64,000 bases of DNA from an uncultured Verrucomicrobiae bacterium. Its GTDB lineage: Bacteria > Verrucomicrobiota > Verrucomicrobiia > Chthoniobacterales > Terrimicrobiaceae. The notes under the pieces are model-generated. The model saw nothing but the letters and a program-made list of their open reading frames with translations, had not been told where the DNA came from and did no database searches. The translations under genes were made by a program, and so were the position numbers. Positions within the stretch are counted from its first letter, which is position 1. Each line of letters starts with the position of its first letter. Below are positions 32,489 through 43,191 of this stretch, piece after piece. The stretch is from contig CAVPOC010000014.1 in the NCBI GenBank assembly GCA_963706955.1, positions 1 to 64,000 on the forward strand, in the 5' to 3' direction.

Positions 32489-32673
32489 CGCCCGGTGTTT
32501 CAGCGGGCGCAATTATCCCGGCTCGAAATTACCGCATCCGGTCTTTTGACCTATCCAGCCAGCTGGGACATCGTTTTAACGGTGAGATTTCGAATCCCAT
32601 TTCCTTCTTCACGGGCATGCGCCTTCCTGGGGAAAAGATGCAATATTTTGGAACCAACAGTCACGACAACATC

Positions 32674-33087
32674 ATGAGCAGAAATATTTCGCAATCTGAA
32701 CCTAAATACATGCTGCTGTTTCGCGGCACGGGCTGGCATAACGGGCTTTCTTCCGAAACGGTGCAAACTGTGATGAACCAATGGTACGATTGGTTCGAGC
32801 GGCTGGTTGAGCAAGGCAGGGCGACCTCGGGACATCCACTTGCCTACGAGGGCAAGATCGTGTCGGGGAACAAGGGCCACACAGTCATCGATGGCCCATT
32901 TGTCGAATCCAAGGAGGCCATCGGCGGCTATTTTCTGCTACATGTCGAAAATGAAGAGGAGGCTATCGAGATCGCCAGACATTGCCCGGGACTTGAACAC
33001 GGCGTTCAGGTGGAAGTTCGACCTGTCGTGGAGTTCTGCCCTTCCGGCGAGCTGGCCAGTCAGTTCGTCGAGCAATTGAGGGGGTAA
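32674..33087 (+). CDS. YciI family protein
   Basis: YMLLFRG, DGPFVESKEAIGGYF, VEVRPV. Confidence 0.88.
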   Translation: MSRNISQSEPKYMLLFRGTGWHNGLSSETVQTVMNQWYDWFERLVEQGRATSGHPLAYEGKIVSGNKGHTVIDGPFVESKEAIGGYFLLHVENEEEAIEIARHCPGLEHGVQVEVRPVVEFCPSGELASQFVEQLRG

Positions 33088-33233
33088 CCAACGGACAGAA
33101 AAGCAAATTCGAAAGCCGAGATCGGCAGGTTGTAGGGCGCTTCTACAAGTTCTCGATTTTTCTCCACCGACAGGCTGGCCGGCTTGGACGCCTCCGAGCG
33201 ATGAGATTATCAGCGCAGCCGCCCTCCGAATGA

Positions 33234-34505
33234 TCAGTCGCAAAATTCCTTAACGATGAGGCTGACATTGTGCCCTCCAAAGCCAAACGAATTGCTCATG
33301 GCGACGCGCACCTTTTTTTCACGAGCGGTCCGCGGAACATAATCTAGATCACACTCTGGGTCGGGACTTTCGAGATTGATGGTCGGTGGAATTATCCCGT
33401 TCTTGATGGCGAGTGCACAAACGCCCAACTCGACGCTTCCGGCTGCGCCCAAGAGATGGCCGGTCATCGACTTCGTTGAGCTGATCGCTACGTTGAAAGC
33501 GTCGCGTCCCAGAGCGAGTTTAATTGCTCGTGTCTCGAAGATGTCACCGATGGGTGTCGAAGTCGCATGGGCGTTGATGTAGTCGAGGTCGCCGCTATCA
33601 ACCTTCGCGTGATTCATGGCCATTCGCATAGCGCGCGCGACCTCTCGTCCTTCGGGATGCGGTTGGGTCATATGATGGGCGTCCGCAGTGCACCCGTAGC
33701 CGACGAGTTCACAATAGATCGACGCCGAGCGGTCCCTGGCATGCTGGAGCTCCTCGAGAACCAGGACTCCCCCACCCTCGCCCATGACAAACCCGTCGCG
33801 GTTCTTATCGAATGGGCGGCTCGCTTTCTCCGGTTCGTCATTCCGCAAGCTTAAAGCTTTCATGGCCGCGAAGCCGGCTACCCCGAATGGCGTAATGGTT
33901 GCCTCGCAGCCTCCCCCAAGAAAGATGTCTGCGTCACCGAATTTAATAGCCCGCCAAGCCTCTCCCACCGAGTTCGCTCCCGTGGCACAGGCTGAGACAA
34001 TGCAGATATTCGGGCCCCGCAAGCCAAATTCCTGGGAGACATTCGCGCTCGCGGCATTGCCCATCATTCCGGTGATGGCGAATGGAGAAATACGGGCCGC
34101 CCCTTTTTCGACCAAACGATGCCCTGATCTTTCCATGCTTTCGAGTCCGCCGATGCCAGTGCCAACTGAGATTCCGAATCGATCTCGATCGATGCGTTCA
34201 AGATCGATGTTGGCGTCTTCCAAAGCCATTTTCGAAGCAGCCACCGCGAATTGCCCGAACCGTTCTGAGCGTTTGACCGACTTCGTTTCCCGAAAATAAA
34301 GCGCCGGCTCGAAACCAACCACCTCTCCGGCTATTTTGCACGGATAGTCACTGGCATCGAAGGCCGAAAATCGGCGGATGCCACTGACACCATTCACGGT
34401 ATTGCGCCAAAATTCTGAGACGCTTAGCCCGTTAGGAGCTACGATGCCGATGCCGGTAATCACCACTCGGCGCTGCGCCGTGTTCTGTGCGATACTCGAT
34501 GACAT
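33234..34505 (-). CDS. fabF: Beta-ketoacyl-ACP synthase II
   Basis: RRVVITGIG, SACATG, NAHATST, KSMTGHLLGAAG, SNSFGFGGHN. Confidence 0.95.
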   Translation of the reverse strand: MSSSIAQNTAQRRVVITGIGIVAPNGLSVSEFWRNTVNGVSGIRRFSAFDASDYPCKIAGEVVGFEPALYFRETKSVKRSERFGQFAVAASKMALEDANIDLERIDRDRFGISVGTGIGGLESMERSGHRLVEKGAARISPFAITGMMGNAASANVSQEFGLRGPNICIVSACATGANSVGEAWRAIKFGDADIFLGGGCEATITPFGVAGFAAMKALSLRNDEPEKASRPFDKNRDGFVMGEGGGVLVLEELQHARDRSASIYCELVGYGCTADAHHMTQPHPEGREVARAMRMAMNHAKVDSGDLDYINAHATSTPIGDIFETRAIKLALGRDAFNVAISSTKSMTGHLLGAAGSVELGVCALAIKNGIIPPTINLESPDPECDLDYVPRTAREKKVRVAMSNSFGFGGHNVSLIVKEFCD

Positions 34506-34716
34506 GGAGTTGTAAGGAGTTTTTACATCTTATGCCGGAATTCGAGGCGACCGCTAGCAAATCGCCGTCCCAGCGGTTAGTGACCGCTAAACAGCTCACG
34601 CATTTTCATCTTGATAGCTCGGCCTGGCACGGCTTTTCACTGAACAAGTCAAAACGGCGGGTCGGACATTGAACGGGCTTCGCTCGTCACTTTCCTGAGC
34701 AAGTGTGTGTGTCCAG

Positions 34717-34926
34717 CTATTCAACAGCGATCATGACACTCGAGGCCTTGATAATGGCGAAAGCATCGCGACCCACGGCAAGCTCGAGAGACTGAACCGA
34801 GGTCCTGGTAATAATCGCGACAACTTCTACTTTCGGTGCAACTTCAAGGGTTACCTCACAGTTCACTGCCCCATCGACAATCTTCGTGATCCGTCCCTTC
34901 AGCATGTTCCGTGCGCTAAGCTTCAT
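34717..34926 (-). CDS. TOBE/Mop molybdate-binding protein
   Basis: MKLSARNMLKG..GAVNCEV..AIIT..AIIKASSVMI. Confidence 0.9.
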   Translation of the reverse strand: MKLSARNMLKGRITKIVDGAVNCEVTLEVAPKVEVVAIITRTSVQSLELAVGRDAFAIIKASSVMIAVE

Positions 34927-35047
34927 TCAATGGTTCAATCAGAAAGCCGCGCGCCAGACAACCGTTCGTAACCGCGATCTGCCAGCCCGATGGCGGACGA
35001 TGCTTGCGGGGTAAGGCGCACTTTCTTGCGCCAAGGCAGGTGTGGGC

Positions 35048-35479
35048 TCAACGCCTCCACGAACCCGAGCGACCACCGGCGCCGTGCCACGAGCCCGATC
35101 CGCCGCCCCAGTTCGCCGAGCCTCCCCGATATCCGCTGATGTGACCCGAGCCATGATCCCACGAAGCCGTGCTGCCGCGCCAACCGGTTGCGCTTCCGGA
35201 CCCATCATTCCAGTGGGCGGAGCCGCCTCGCGCACCGTAGGCGCTCCCTGAACCGTCATGCCAATAGGCAGAGCCCCCATACCGATTTCGGTAGTAGCCG
35301 GTATTCCCATAGTAGGCGCCGTGATAGAATCCTGCGCCGCCGTAGTAGCCACCCCAATAGGGACTATACGCGGGCCCCGGGTCTGACGTAACCACGTACC
35401 CTCCAGTGCAGCCAGTTTGCGAAACTGAAAACATGACCGCGAGCGTCGCTACCGCGCTGAGTGATAAAATTTTTTTCAT
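35048..35479 (-). CDS. Secreted Gly/Tyr/Trp-rich repeat protein (possible lipoprotein)
   Basis: Signal peptide ending TGC; 17-aa repeats of the form RGGSAxWxxGSGSxxGx. Confidence 0.7.
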   Translation of the reverse strand: MKKILSLSAVATLAVMFSVSQTGCTGGYVVTSDPGPAYSPYWGGYYGGAGFYHGAYYGNTGYYRNRYGGSAYWHDGSGSAYGARGGSAHWNDGSGSATGWRGSTASWDHGSGHISGYRGGSANWGGGSGSWHGAGGRSGSWRR

Positions 35480-35498
35480 CGAAGTCTGATTGTTCCTG

Positions 35499-36281
35499 TC
35501 AGCGAGACCGCGGCTGGATCACGGCGACGAATGGGATTTCCCGTCCTCCAGCTGGTTTGGAAAAGACAAAGTCACGAGCGTTCAGCCATGGATGAAGGTT
35601 CCACCGCGTGAATTCGACCAAGGTCCGTGGAAAATTCGCTCGATCGGTGAAAGTCACCGCCAGGCGCCAAGGCAGAGCGCGCTTTCCCGCCTCGATCCAA
35701 ATTTCCCAATTCACGCCAGGCGATCGAAACGCCAAATGATAACAGGCAATTCGATTGACGCTGGCACTCCCGACCACAACGCCACTGATCAACCTTCGTG
35801 TCAGCACTTCGTAGGGATCGCTGAAAAGCAACGGTGCCGAAACAAATCGAATGCCGGTTTCCTGCTGCAATTCAGGGAGCATCGCGTCGACGGTCGCCGG
35901 AGCTTTTGTCGTTGAATAGACCTTGTCTTTCGGAGCGAACGCAGAGGCGGTGGTCCCGTCAAAATAGAAGTCGAAATGAGGCGCCTCTCCCCTGAGTCGT
36001 GCGCGAAGCTTGTCGGGCCTCTTGAGAGATACCTCCGCCGAAGACAACAGGGTGATGAACTGCCCGGTCCTGATTGGAACTTCCATGACAATTCTCGAAT
36101 GAAAGGTAAAAGCTTTGGCTGCGCCAAGAGTCGTGCTCATGCGCTTGAGAATTTCAAGCGCCTGGGGATCAATGCGTCCCAAGCTGCTACGGGAGGATTC
36201 CTCCGTGCGGCTTTCGGACAATGCCGGCGTGATCAGCCAGCAGACAAGTAGGGATATAGTAAGATATTGGACCAGTTTCAT
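35499..36281 (-). CDS. DUF2092 family periplasmic protein
   Basis: Signal peptide; LKRPDKLRA, FYFDG, CYHLAFR, WEIWI..G..LP. Confidence 0.8.
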   Translation of the reverse strand: MKLVQYLTISLLVCWLITPALSESRTEESSRSSLGRIDPQALEILKRMSTTLGAAKAFTFHSRIVMEVPIRTGQFITLLSSAEVSLKRPDKLRARLRGEAPHFDFYFDGTTASAFAPKDKVYSTTKAPATVDAMLPELQQETGIRFVSAPLLFSDPYEVLTRRLISGVVVGSASVNRIACYHLAFRSPGVNWEIWIEAGKRALPWRLAVTFTDRANFPRTLVEFTRWNLHPWLNARDFVFSKPAGGREIPFVAVIQPRSR

Positions 36282-36609
36282 CGCTGAGAAGGTTCCTAGC
36301 GCCAGAGAACCGCCCAAATCTTTAGCAAGACCCGTCAAATCAAGCAAGATGATATGGCGCTAGACACACGAGCGCGGATTTTGAGACAAGACTGCGCCGA
36401 GACTTGATGGTTGAATTTCTCCTGGCGCACTTTCAAGATCTGCCGATGTCCTCTTACGGATCTTGCGCTTCGCCTGTCGGGGGAGGTAACGCCTCACGAT
36501 ATCTTCCAGATGAGCTCGCTGCGCCCGTTCGGTGGATGGTAGGGCCCGCCCCAATGGTCGAAAACCGAGGCATCGGCGATCGCCTCGAACTCAACTGATC
36601 AAAGGAGGC

Positions 36610-38421
36610 GTGGCTGGACCGGTCTTCATCCTGGCTAGCGAAATCGAGCCGGGAGCCACTTGTTGGACGAAGGCTGAGGAGCAGGCCTCGAGCCTGGCCG
36701 CATTTGCAACTCGTCTTCTCGGGTTTGGGGCACGTGCGACGCTCGCCGTGCTACCAACGCACCGAACCGATGATCAGCATCATCTCGTTCAGGTAATCGA
36801 GCGCGAGATTTCTAATGGCGCGTCGGAACTCATCCTTCTGCCTTTGCCTTTCGAGCTCAACATTTGGCAGCGGGCGCTCCTCGGACAGACATTGAGCGAG
36901 ATTCGGCGCCTTCATCCAGCCGTTTCGATTCATCACGACGATATCAATCCAAGCCACCCCCTCCTGGTTGATTGCCTCGCCGACAAGATTTTGCAGACAC
37001 TGGTTGAGCAAGGCATTCCTCCGCGGAACGCCGGGCTTTTGCTCGTAGCCAACGGACAAGGTGATCCAGGAAGCCGGGCTGACTCCTATCGGCTGATGCG
37101 CCTGCTTTGGGAACAAACGGGCGTGGGTCTCGGCGAGGTTGGATTCGTGCGTCATGAACAGCCGTTCTTATCGGCGGCTCTGCAGCGATGCCTACGTGAA
37201 CCTCTCAACTGGATTCTGCTCCCACAGTGCCAATGGGACGGCGAAATGTATCAGCATGCCAAATTAATACTCGCAGACCACCAACGGGCGAATCCCACCG
37301 CATACCCTTCGCTTTTTGTTGAGCCGGTTGGTGATCATCCAATGATCCTTGCGTGGCTCGAGCACCGCCTTCGCGATCTCTGGCAGCAAAAGCGCGCTCG
37401 CCAGGTCGCGCGGATGCCTTCGCGGATTCGCCAAAAGCACTCCTGCTCCCCTGAGGTGTGGCACAACGGGAGCTGGGGTTCACCGCGAGCCGCAGACTCG
37501 AAACCCTGCTCGGTCTTTCTTGCCCGGGCGCGTAGCCCGGATGCTTTGGCCGAAATCTTCTCGCGAGTTCTTCCACCTGCAGATCGCTACTTGATAAAGG
37601 TCACCTGGCATGGCTATGCCACAGGAACATACACCGACGCCCTCGCTTTGGACTTGTTGTTGCGTGCACTCCCTGGGAAGGCGATTCTGCTCGAGGGCCA
37701 TACCAGTAGCCGAAACTTGGGCGGCGCGAACTGGGACTGGGAGAGTCAGGCCAAGACGCACCGCAGGTGGATCCAGCAGCAGGAGCTTGAATTCCTCAGG
37801 CGGACCGGGTTGGCCCAGGTTATTGCGCAACATGGCGCCCAGTATCTGAACATCACCGAAGCGTGGTGGGATGGCGCCTGCGCGCGGGAAGAGGAGATTC
37901 GCGCGGCGCTCGGGGACGTCACACTCCGTCATCCCGAACTCGTGGGCTTTATCCCCTCAGTGCTACTCGCCCATCGCGGAATTCCGTTTCTCAGCTTCGC
38001 GCGCTTCAAAGGCCCAACTCGACTCGGGATCTCGAACCTTTTTGGTTTGCTTCCGCAGCCCTTGCGAAGCGCGTGGCACGGTCCGAACATCACCTACTTT
38101 GCATCGGTCTGCTGCGATCTGGCCCGCCTTTATGGATGCCTATTCCCGTTGTTCGGTCTCATCGAGGCCTTTGCCTGGGCGGTGCGTTGGGATCGCAAAG
38201 GGCTCTATCGCAGCCGGTGGGGGAATTACGATTTGGTTCCCGGCGATGGCATCTTCACGTTCAGCGAAGGGCTCGTCGGTGCCGACCTATTGGCTAGCCG
38301 GCTGCAAGGACAGGATGTGCAACGAAGCGGTTTCTACGATGTGGTGCGGGATCGCCTCGGCTGGTCGCAATTAGCCGCCGAAATCCCGCTTCCGGTTGAT
38401 CTTCAAGCAAGCCTCCGGTGA
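36610..38421 (+). CDS. CbiX/SirB-like domain fused to a DUF362-like domain (start uncertain)
   Basis: N-half: HPLLV, LLLVANGQGDP, EVGFV..P, PVGDHP; C-half: YLIKV, LLEG, ISNLFGLLP..WHG, DLLASRLQG. Confidence 0.55.
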   Translation: MAGPVFILASEIEPGATCWTKAEEQASSLAAFATRLLGFGARATLAVLPTHRTDDQHHLVQVIEREISNGASELILLPLPFELNIWQRALLGQTLSEIRRLHPAVSIHHDDINPSHPLLVDCLADKILQTLVEQGIPPRNAGLLLVANGQGDPGSRADSYRLMRLLWEQTGVGLGEVGFVRHEQPFLSAALQRCLREPLNWILLPQCQWDGEMYQHAKLILADHQRANPTAYPSLFVEPVGDHPMILAWLEHRLRDLWQQKRARQVARMPSRIRQKHSCSPEVWHNGSWGSPRAADSKPCSVFLARARSPDALAEIFSRVLPPADRYLIKVTWHGYATGTYTDALALDLLLRALPGKAILLEGHTSSRNLGGANWDWESQAKTHRRWIQQQELEFLRRTGLAQVIAQHGAQYLNITEAWWDGACAREEEIRAALGDVTLRHPELVGFIPSVLLAHRGIPFLSFARFKGPTRLGISNLFGLLPQPLRSAWHGPNITYFASVCCDLARLYGCLFPLFGLIEAFAWAVRWDRKGLYRSRWGNYDLVPGDGIFTFSEGLVGADLLASRLQGQDVQRSGFYDVVRDRLGWSQLAAEIPLPVDLQASLR

Positions 38422-38665
38422 TCACTCACGCTTCCCGCTCGTTTGCAGAAGCAGCAGCAATACGAAAGGAGCGCCAACTCATAGTGACTTTAACGTTATA
38501 TTCGCCATGACGCCGCCGGCAAATCGGACGAACATGGCTGAGCAATCGTCTCGATTTCCACGCCCACCAACAACGTGAAAGCAAGGCGGTCGTGAGCGCG
38601 AAACCTCCTCATACCCGAGCGCGGATGCCGTTGCAGGCATTCCGGCACCGCTCCTCCGCTCCAGG

Positions 38666-39877
38666 CTATTGCGATTTCTGCGCCAGTATCCGGATAATGC
38701 AAAGCTGCAAGACAATCATCACGGCAACACCCAGCAATGGCACGAAGATCCCCACGCGCAGATCTCCAAATCCTTGCGAAACAAATCCGACCAGCCACGG
38801 AAGCAGCGCTCCGCCGAGAGCGCCAATCACGAAAAAGGAACCGGTCATTTGGGACGCACCGTCCGCGAAAAAGCGAGCGAAGATCGCGAATGTCGTCGGG
38901 AAGACCGAGGCGAGTCCCAAGCCAGTCAAACCGCCGCCACATGTGACGCTGACGAGGTCATTACTCACGAGGATGAGGAGCAGACCAAGGCCCGCCAGAA
39001 GTAAGCCGAGCAAGATGAGAGCCGCATCGTTGACGCGAGTCAAGATCCCGGCTGCGGCGGCTCTTCCTATCAGCAATCCCGCCCAGAATGCTGATGGCGT
39101 CAGCGTCTCGAACCCGTTTGTGGACTCGCCAAGACGTAGGGCATAGGTGGCAATCCATCCACTGATGGCCGTCTCCGTTCCCACGTAAATGAAAATCAGC
39201 ATGCCGGTGAAGAGCGCGTACGGACTCAACCAGCCGCGCAGAACAGATGCTTCAAAGCGCGCGCGATCATTTTCGCCCTGCACTAGATGATTTTGTCCAA
39301 CGGCGGAATTGCTAACAATCAGTTGCGCGGTCAGGAAGGCCACCGCCCCAAGCAGCACGGCCAAGCCAACCAACGCCTGAGCCAGTTGCCCGTCCCGACC
39401 GAGAAATGCAATCGTCGGCGGGCCCGCGACGGCGCCGAGCGCCCAGGCGAAGTTCAAGATATTCACCGCCGCGGCCGGACGCTCCGGATTCATCTTCGCA
39501 ATGAGGAGATTGGTCGCCGGAGCGGTCAAGCCAAGCGCCAAACCCGCAACGGAAACTGATAGTAAACCGATCAACCAGGAATTGATGCCAAGACAAACAA
39601 CTGCCCCCGCCGTCGCGGCATACCCGCAAACCATGAGGCGCAGTAGGCCGGCTCGAACGATCACCCAGCTCGACAGAGCGCAGCCAATGATTGCCCCGGT
39701 AAACTGAGCCATGAAAAATAACCCAAGCTCTCCATCATCGAGAGACCACTTGGTCGCCAACATCGGCAGGATCGGTCCAAGTAAAGTCGTTACAACGCCA
39801 ATCAAGAGAAAGCCGACGTGCAAGACGACCACAAGCTCTCTCGCCCGGGGCCACGACGAAACCGTGGAGTCTCCCAT
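38666..39877 (-). CDS. MFS transporter (fucose-permease-like)
   Basis: About 12 TM helices; LNFAWALGAVAGP, IYVGTE, SVFPT. Confidence 0.85.
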   Translation of the reverse strand: MGDSTVSSWPRARELVVVLHVGFLLIGVVTTLLGPILPMLATKWSLDDGELGLFFMAQFTGAIIGCALSSWVIVRAGLLRLMVCGYAATAGAVVCLGINSWLIGLLSVSVAGLALGLTAPATNLLIAKMNPERPAAAVNILNFAWALGAVAGPPTIAFLGRDGQLAQALVGLAVLLGAVAFLTAQLIVSNSAVGQNHLVQGENDRARFEASVLRGWLSPYALFTGMLIFIYVGTETAISGWIATYALRLGESTNGFETLTPSAFWAGLLIGRAAAAGILTRVNDAALILLGLLLAGLGLLLILVSNDLVSVTCGGGLTGLGLASVFPTTFAIFARFFADGASQMTGSFFVIGALGGALLPWLVGFVSQGFGDLRVGIFVPLLGVAVMIVLQLCIIRILAQKSQ

Positions 39878-40103
39878 TTAAATTAGATGGTGCTCACCCA
39901 TTGGGTCTTCGCAATCGCTGCAGCATGCAGGAAAGTCAACTCAGGCGGCGCGGATATCCTGCGAAAACCGGTGGCGAGGATCTATTGCCGGGCCTCCGCA
40001 TGCAAAGCGACCGGGCCGCTCCGAGGTCATCGCGGTCTGGCCGACGATCGATAGCAGCAGGGTGGCGTCGACGCGCTTCCTAAGTGATCGCAGCCGGTCA
40101 ATT

Positions 40104-40955
40104 CTAGGAGGAGACGACCTGCACAGAAACTTCCATCCGGTGGAAAGCATCATGCGGGCCGTCCCATGTGCCCGAGAGGGGGGAGGCCTTGACATGCTCG
40201 GCTGACACAGCGACGGAGACATGCTCGAAACCGACCAGCTTGTTGTTGGTCGGGTCGAAACCTCGCCACCCGGATCCAGGCAGGTAAATCTCCGTCCAGG
40301 CATGGGTGGCGCCGTGCTGCCCCTCGCCCATCTGAATATATCCGGTCACAAATCGCGCGCCAAAGCCCAAATGTCTGGCAGCTTCCATCATCAGCACAGC
40401 ATAGTCACGACAGGATCCACTTCTCGATGCGAGCGTCTGGCAAGGAAGCTGGACGCCCGCTTCTTCGCGACGCGCGTATTGGCACGAATCGTAAATGCGC
40501 GTATTTAACTTGTTCAAAAGCTCGAACGTGCCGATCAGCTGGCCAGGTCGATACAGCTCCAAAAGCCAGCTTTGCAACGCCGGACCATCATAAGGATAAC
40601 TAGGAAGGCGATAGAGAACAAGTTCGACCTGTTCCGTTGACGGGTATTGAAAGGGGTACTGCGAGGCGCTCGGCTCAATATCAAAATTGAGCGGATTGTC
40701 GTCGTAATGATCGACGTTCACCTCGCTAAAAACCCTTAGCTTTTGGCTTTGCTGAGCGAAGTTGAAAATGGCGATGGAATTCCCGTAAATATCGCGCAAC
40801 CACCGTATGTCAGCCTTGGGCTCCACTTCGAGAACCGCGCTGTCGATATGCACATCGTGGCCTTCGCGTGGACGTAGCAAGGCGCGGTGCGGCCCGAAGG
40901 CGACCGGCGTGTGGTAGTGATACTCGGTGTTGTGGACAATACGTATGCGCTTCAT
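40104..40955 (-). CDS. Transglutaminase family protein
   Basis: IVHNTEYHY, GSCRDYA, ARFVTGY, HAWTEIYLPGSGWRGFDPTN. Confidence 0.92.
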   Translation of the reverse strand: MKRIRIVHNTEYHYHTPVAFGPHRALLRPREGHDVHIDSAVLEVEPKADIRWLRDIYGNSIAIFNFAQQSQKLRVFSEVNVDHYDDNPLNFDIEPSASQYPFQYPSTEQVELVLYRLPSYPYDGPALQSWLLELYRPGQLIGTFELLNKLNTRIYDSCQYARREEAGVQLPCQTLASRSGSCRDYAVLMMEAARHLGFGARFVTGYIQMGEGQHGATHAWTEIYLPGSGWRGFDPTNNKLVGFEHVSVAVSAEHVKASPLSGTWDGPHDAFHRMEVSVQVVSS

Positions 40956-41379
40956 TAGGTCTCCTAAACTGAGATGACGCAGTTAACCCGTGTCATCAAG
41001 CCCATTCGGGCTGAGATGCTGGAAATCGCGACAGTTCGGCGGTTTGCTCAGGTCAACTGGGTGGAGGGCGAGGGCGACGCGCTGGTTTCCAGAAGAATGG
41101 GACTGCTCTCCATCGGAAATAGTCGACGAATAATTCCGGCGGGAACAGAAGCGAAGAGAAACGACCTTGACTTTATCCGCAACGTCCAGATTTTCAGCCG
41201 GGTGGCCGCACGATTTTATTCCGCTAAGCAGGTCGTATCTAACTTACGGTCGACCCTCAGGATCCCGAAATCATGCATGAGAGCCGCGAATCCATCACTG
41301 CTCACGCGACTCCGACGGAGGGCCTAACGCGCGCGTTACTTGAAGCCATGAACATCCCGGCCTGGAATCTGCACAGCGA

Positions 41380-42432
41380 GTGTTAACCTCAAGGCAGACA
41401 CCGATTCCAGCCTTGGTGCGCGTCAAGCCGGGAGCATTGGAGCGAGTGGGAATCTACGCGGAGCGCTCTGGCTTTAAGCGCGTGCTCCTGCTCTTCAGCG
41501 ATGGTCTTGATCTCGAGCTCATGGAGCGCTTGAGAACCTCGCTCCTCTCACGAGAGGTCCACGTGCTCCAGGAGTTGCCGATAAGCTCGATTGGTTTCGA
41601 ACAAGCAACAGAAACGTTTCAGCAGTCGCCGCCGAATGCAGACGCAGTTATCGGGTTCGGTGGCGGCAAGGCGCTGGATGTCGCCAAGTACATCGCCTAT
41701 CTGTCCCGAATTCCTTACTTTTCGGTCCCGACGTCGCTTTCGAACGATGGCTTTTGCAGTCCGCAATCGAGTCTCACGATAGCGAATCAGCGCCGGCCAG
41801 TTCCTTCGGGAATGCCGTTCGGCGTCGTGATCGATACCGCCGTTTGTTTGCACGCGCCCGAGCTTCTCTGGCACTCTGGTGTGGGAGATCTTGTCTCCAA
41901 GTTCACCGCAGTGACCGACTGGAAGCTGGCTTTTCATGCTGTTTCCGAAAACGTGGACGATTTTGCCGCCCTTCTTTCGGATGCAAGCGTCTACCAGTTT
42001 CTGGCCCGACCAACCCGGGACTTGGAAGGAATGCGATTGCTCGGCATGGCCCTGCTCTTGAATGGCATTTCGATGTCGATCTGCGGTTCTTCCCGTCCGG
42101 CCAGCGGCAGCGAACATCTCATTTCGCATGCTCTCGATAGTCTCAGCAAGCGCCCGCGGCTTCATGGCCTTCAAGTTGGTGTAGCGACATATCTGGTCAG
42201 CCACCTCCAACGCCAGAACTCCCGCCGTATCGCCGATCTCTTCACAACAACCGGGTTTTGGCAGGTCATCGCGAACGATCCCTTTAATCGCGCCGAATGG
42301 CTCGACGCCGTCCGGATGGCCCCCTCAATTAAATCGGACTTCTACACCGTCCTTTCCTCACGTGACTGTCTCCCCGAAGTTGCAACCGCGCTTCACTCCG
42401 ATCCTCTCCTCAGACCGTGCTTCCTGGATTGA
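41380..42432 (+). CDS. Glycerol-1-phosphate dehydrogenase-like (DHQS/Fe-ADH superfamily)
   Basis: GFGGGKALDVAK, VPTSLSNDGFCSP, GVGDLVSK, SRPASGSEHLISHALD, LHGLQVG. Confidence 0.8.
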   Translation: MLTSRQTPIPALVRVKPGALERVGIYAERSGFKRVLLLFSDGLDLELMERLRTSLLSREVHVLQELPISSIGFEQATETFQQSPPNADAVIGFGGGKALDVAKYIAYLSRIPYFSVPTSLSNDGFCSPQSSLTIANQRRPVPSGMPFGVVIDTAVCLHAPELLWHSGVGDLVSKFTAVTDWKLAFHAVSENVDDFAALLSDASVYQFLARPTRDLEGMRLLGMALLLNGISMSICGSSRPASGSEHLISHALDSLSKRPRLHGLQVGVATYLVSHLQRQNSRRIADLFTTTGFWQVIANDPFNRAEWLDAVRMAPSIKSDFYTVLSSRDCLPEVATALHSDPLLRPCFLD

Positions 42433-42627
42433 GCGTTTCCTACGCCCTGTCGTCGCCCTCTGGCAATGCGCGAAGGTCAACGTCACTTTACACGTCCCAT
42501 CGACACTGAATGTCTCATCCCCGAGCAATTCGCTGAGAAGCGAGCCCGTAGAATCTCAGCTAACCCGGACAAATAAGACAATCCAGTTACTTACAGTCGA
42601 ATCTTCGCTAAGACAACGTGTAGGATT

Positions 42628-43191
42628 CTAAGCGGTTCTGGACTTTGGCGCCGCCAGGCCAAGCATAAGGAGGGACATTCCGTTAAACAGCAAATTGATC
42701 CCGAAGAAAAGTCCCAGCACCCAGGCTGAATCGGACGGCCATCTCGAGTAGACCATGATCCCGAGAATAAGCGCCGCAATCCCATTGATCAGAGTCCAGC
42801 TCCAGCCACTGTGCTTGCGCAGGCGGAAAGCTCCTCCGATAAGGAAGATCCCCTCCACAATTAAGAAGACCGCAAAGATCAGGGTGATGACGGCGATACT
42901 CGAAGCAACGCACACTAATAGGGTCAGACCCGCTGCGATGCGGATAAGCGCAAAGAGAGCTTCAAGGGCGCGGTGAGTAACCTCCTTTCCGAAAAGTGCC
43001 AGGAACAGAGCAATAGCGCCGCTGACCAAGGCAAATGCGCCAAGAAATTGGGCGATTACCACCGAAAAGAAGAGAGGAGAACTCATCGCCATGAGTCCTA
43101 CGATAATAGAAAGAACGCCACCAGTGATCAGCCAACCGCGACTCATCGACAGGGCCTCGCGTGCGGTCGTAGGAGTAACATTTGTCGTCAT
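42628..43191 (-). CDS. HdeD family acid-resistance membrane protein
   Basis: Six TM helices; GWSWTLINGI, WPSDSAWVLGLFFGINL. Confidence 0.85.
   Translation of the reverse strand: MTTNVTPTTAREALSMSRGWLITGGVLSIIVGLMAMSSPLFFSVVIAQFLGAFALVSGAIALFLALFGKEVTHRALEALFALIRIAAGLTLLVCVASSIAVITLIFAVFLIVEGIFLIGGAFRLRKHSGWSWTLINGIAALILGIMVYSRWPSDSAWVLGLFFGINLLFNGMSLLMLGLAAPKSRTA

Noticed and set aside
36404..36598. Small ORF as a RiPP precursor for the CbiX/DUF362 protein
   Set aside because: No leader/core pattern, maturase or transporter support
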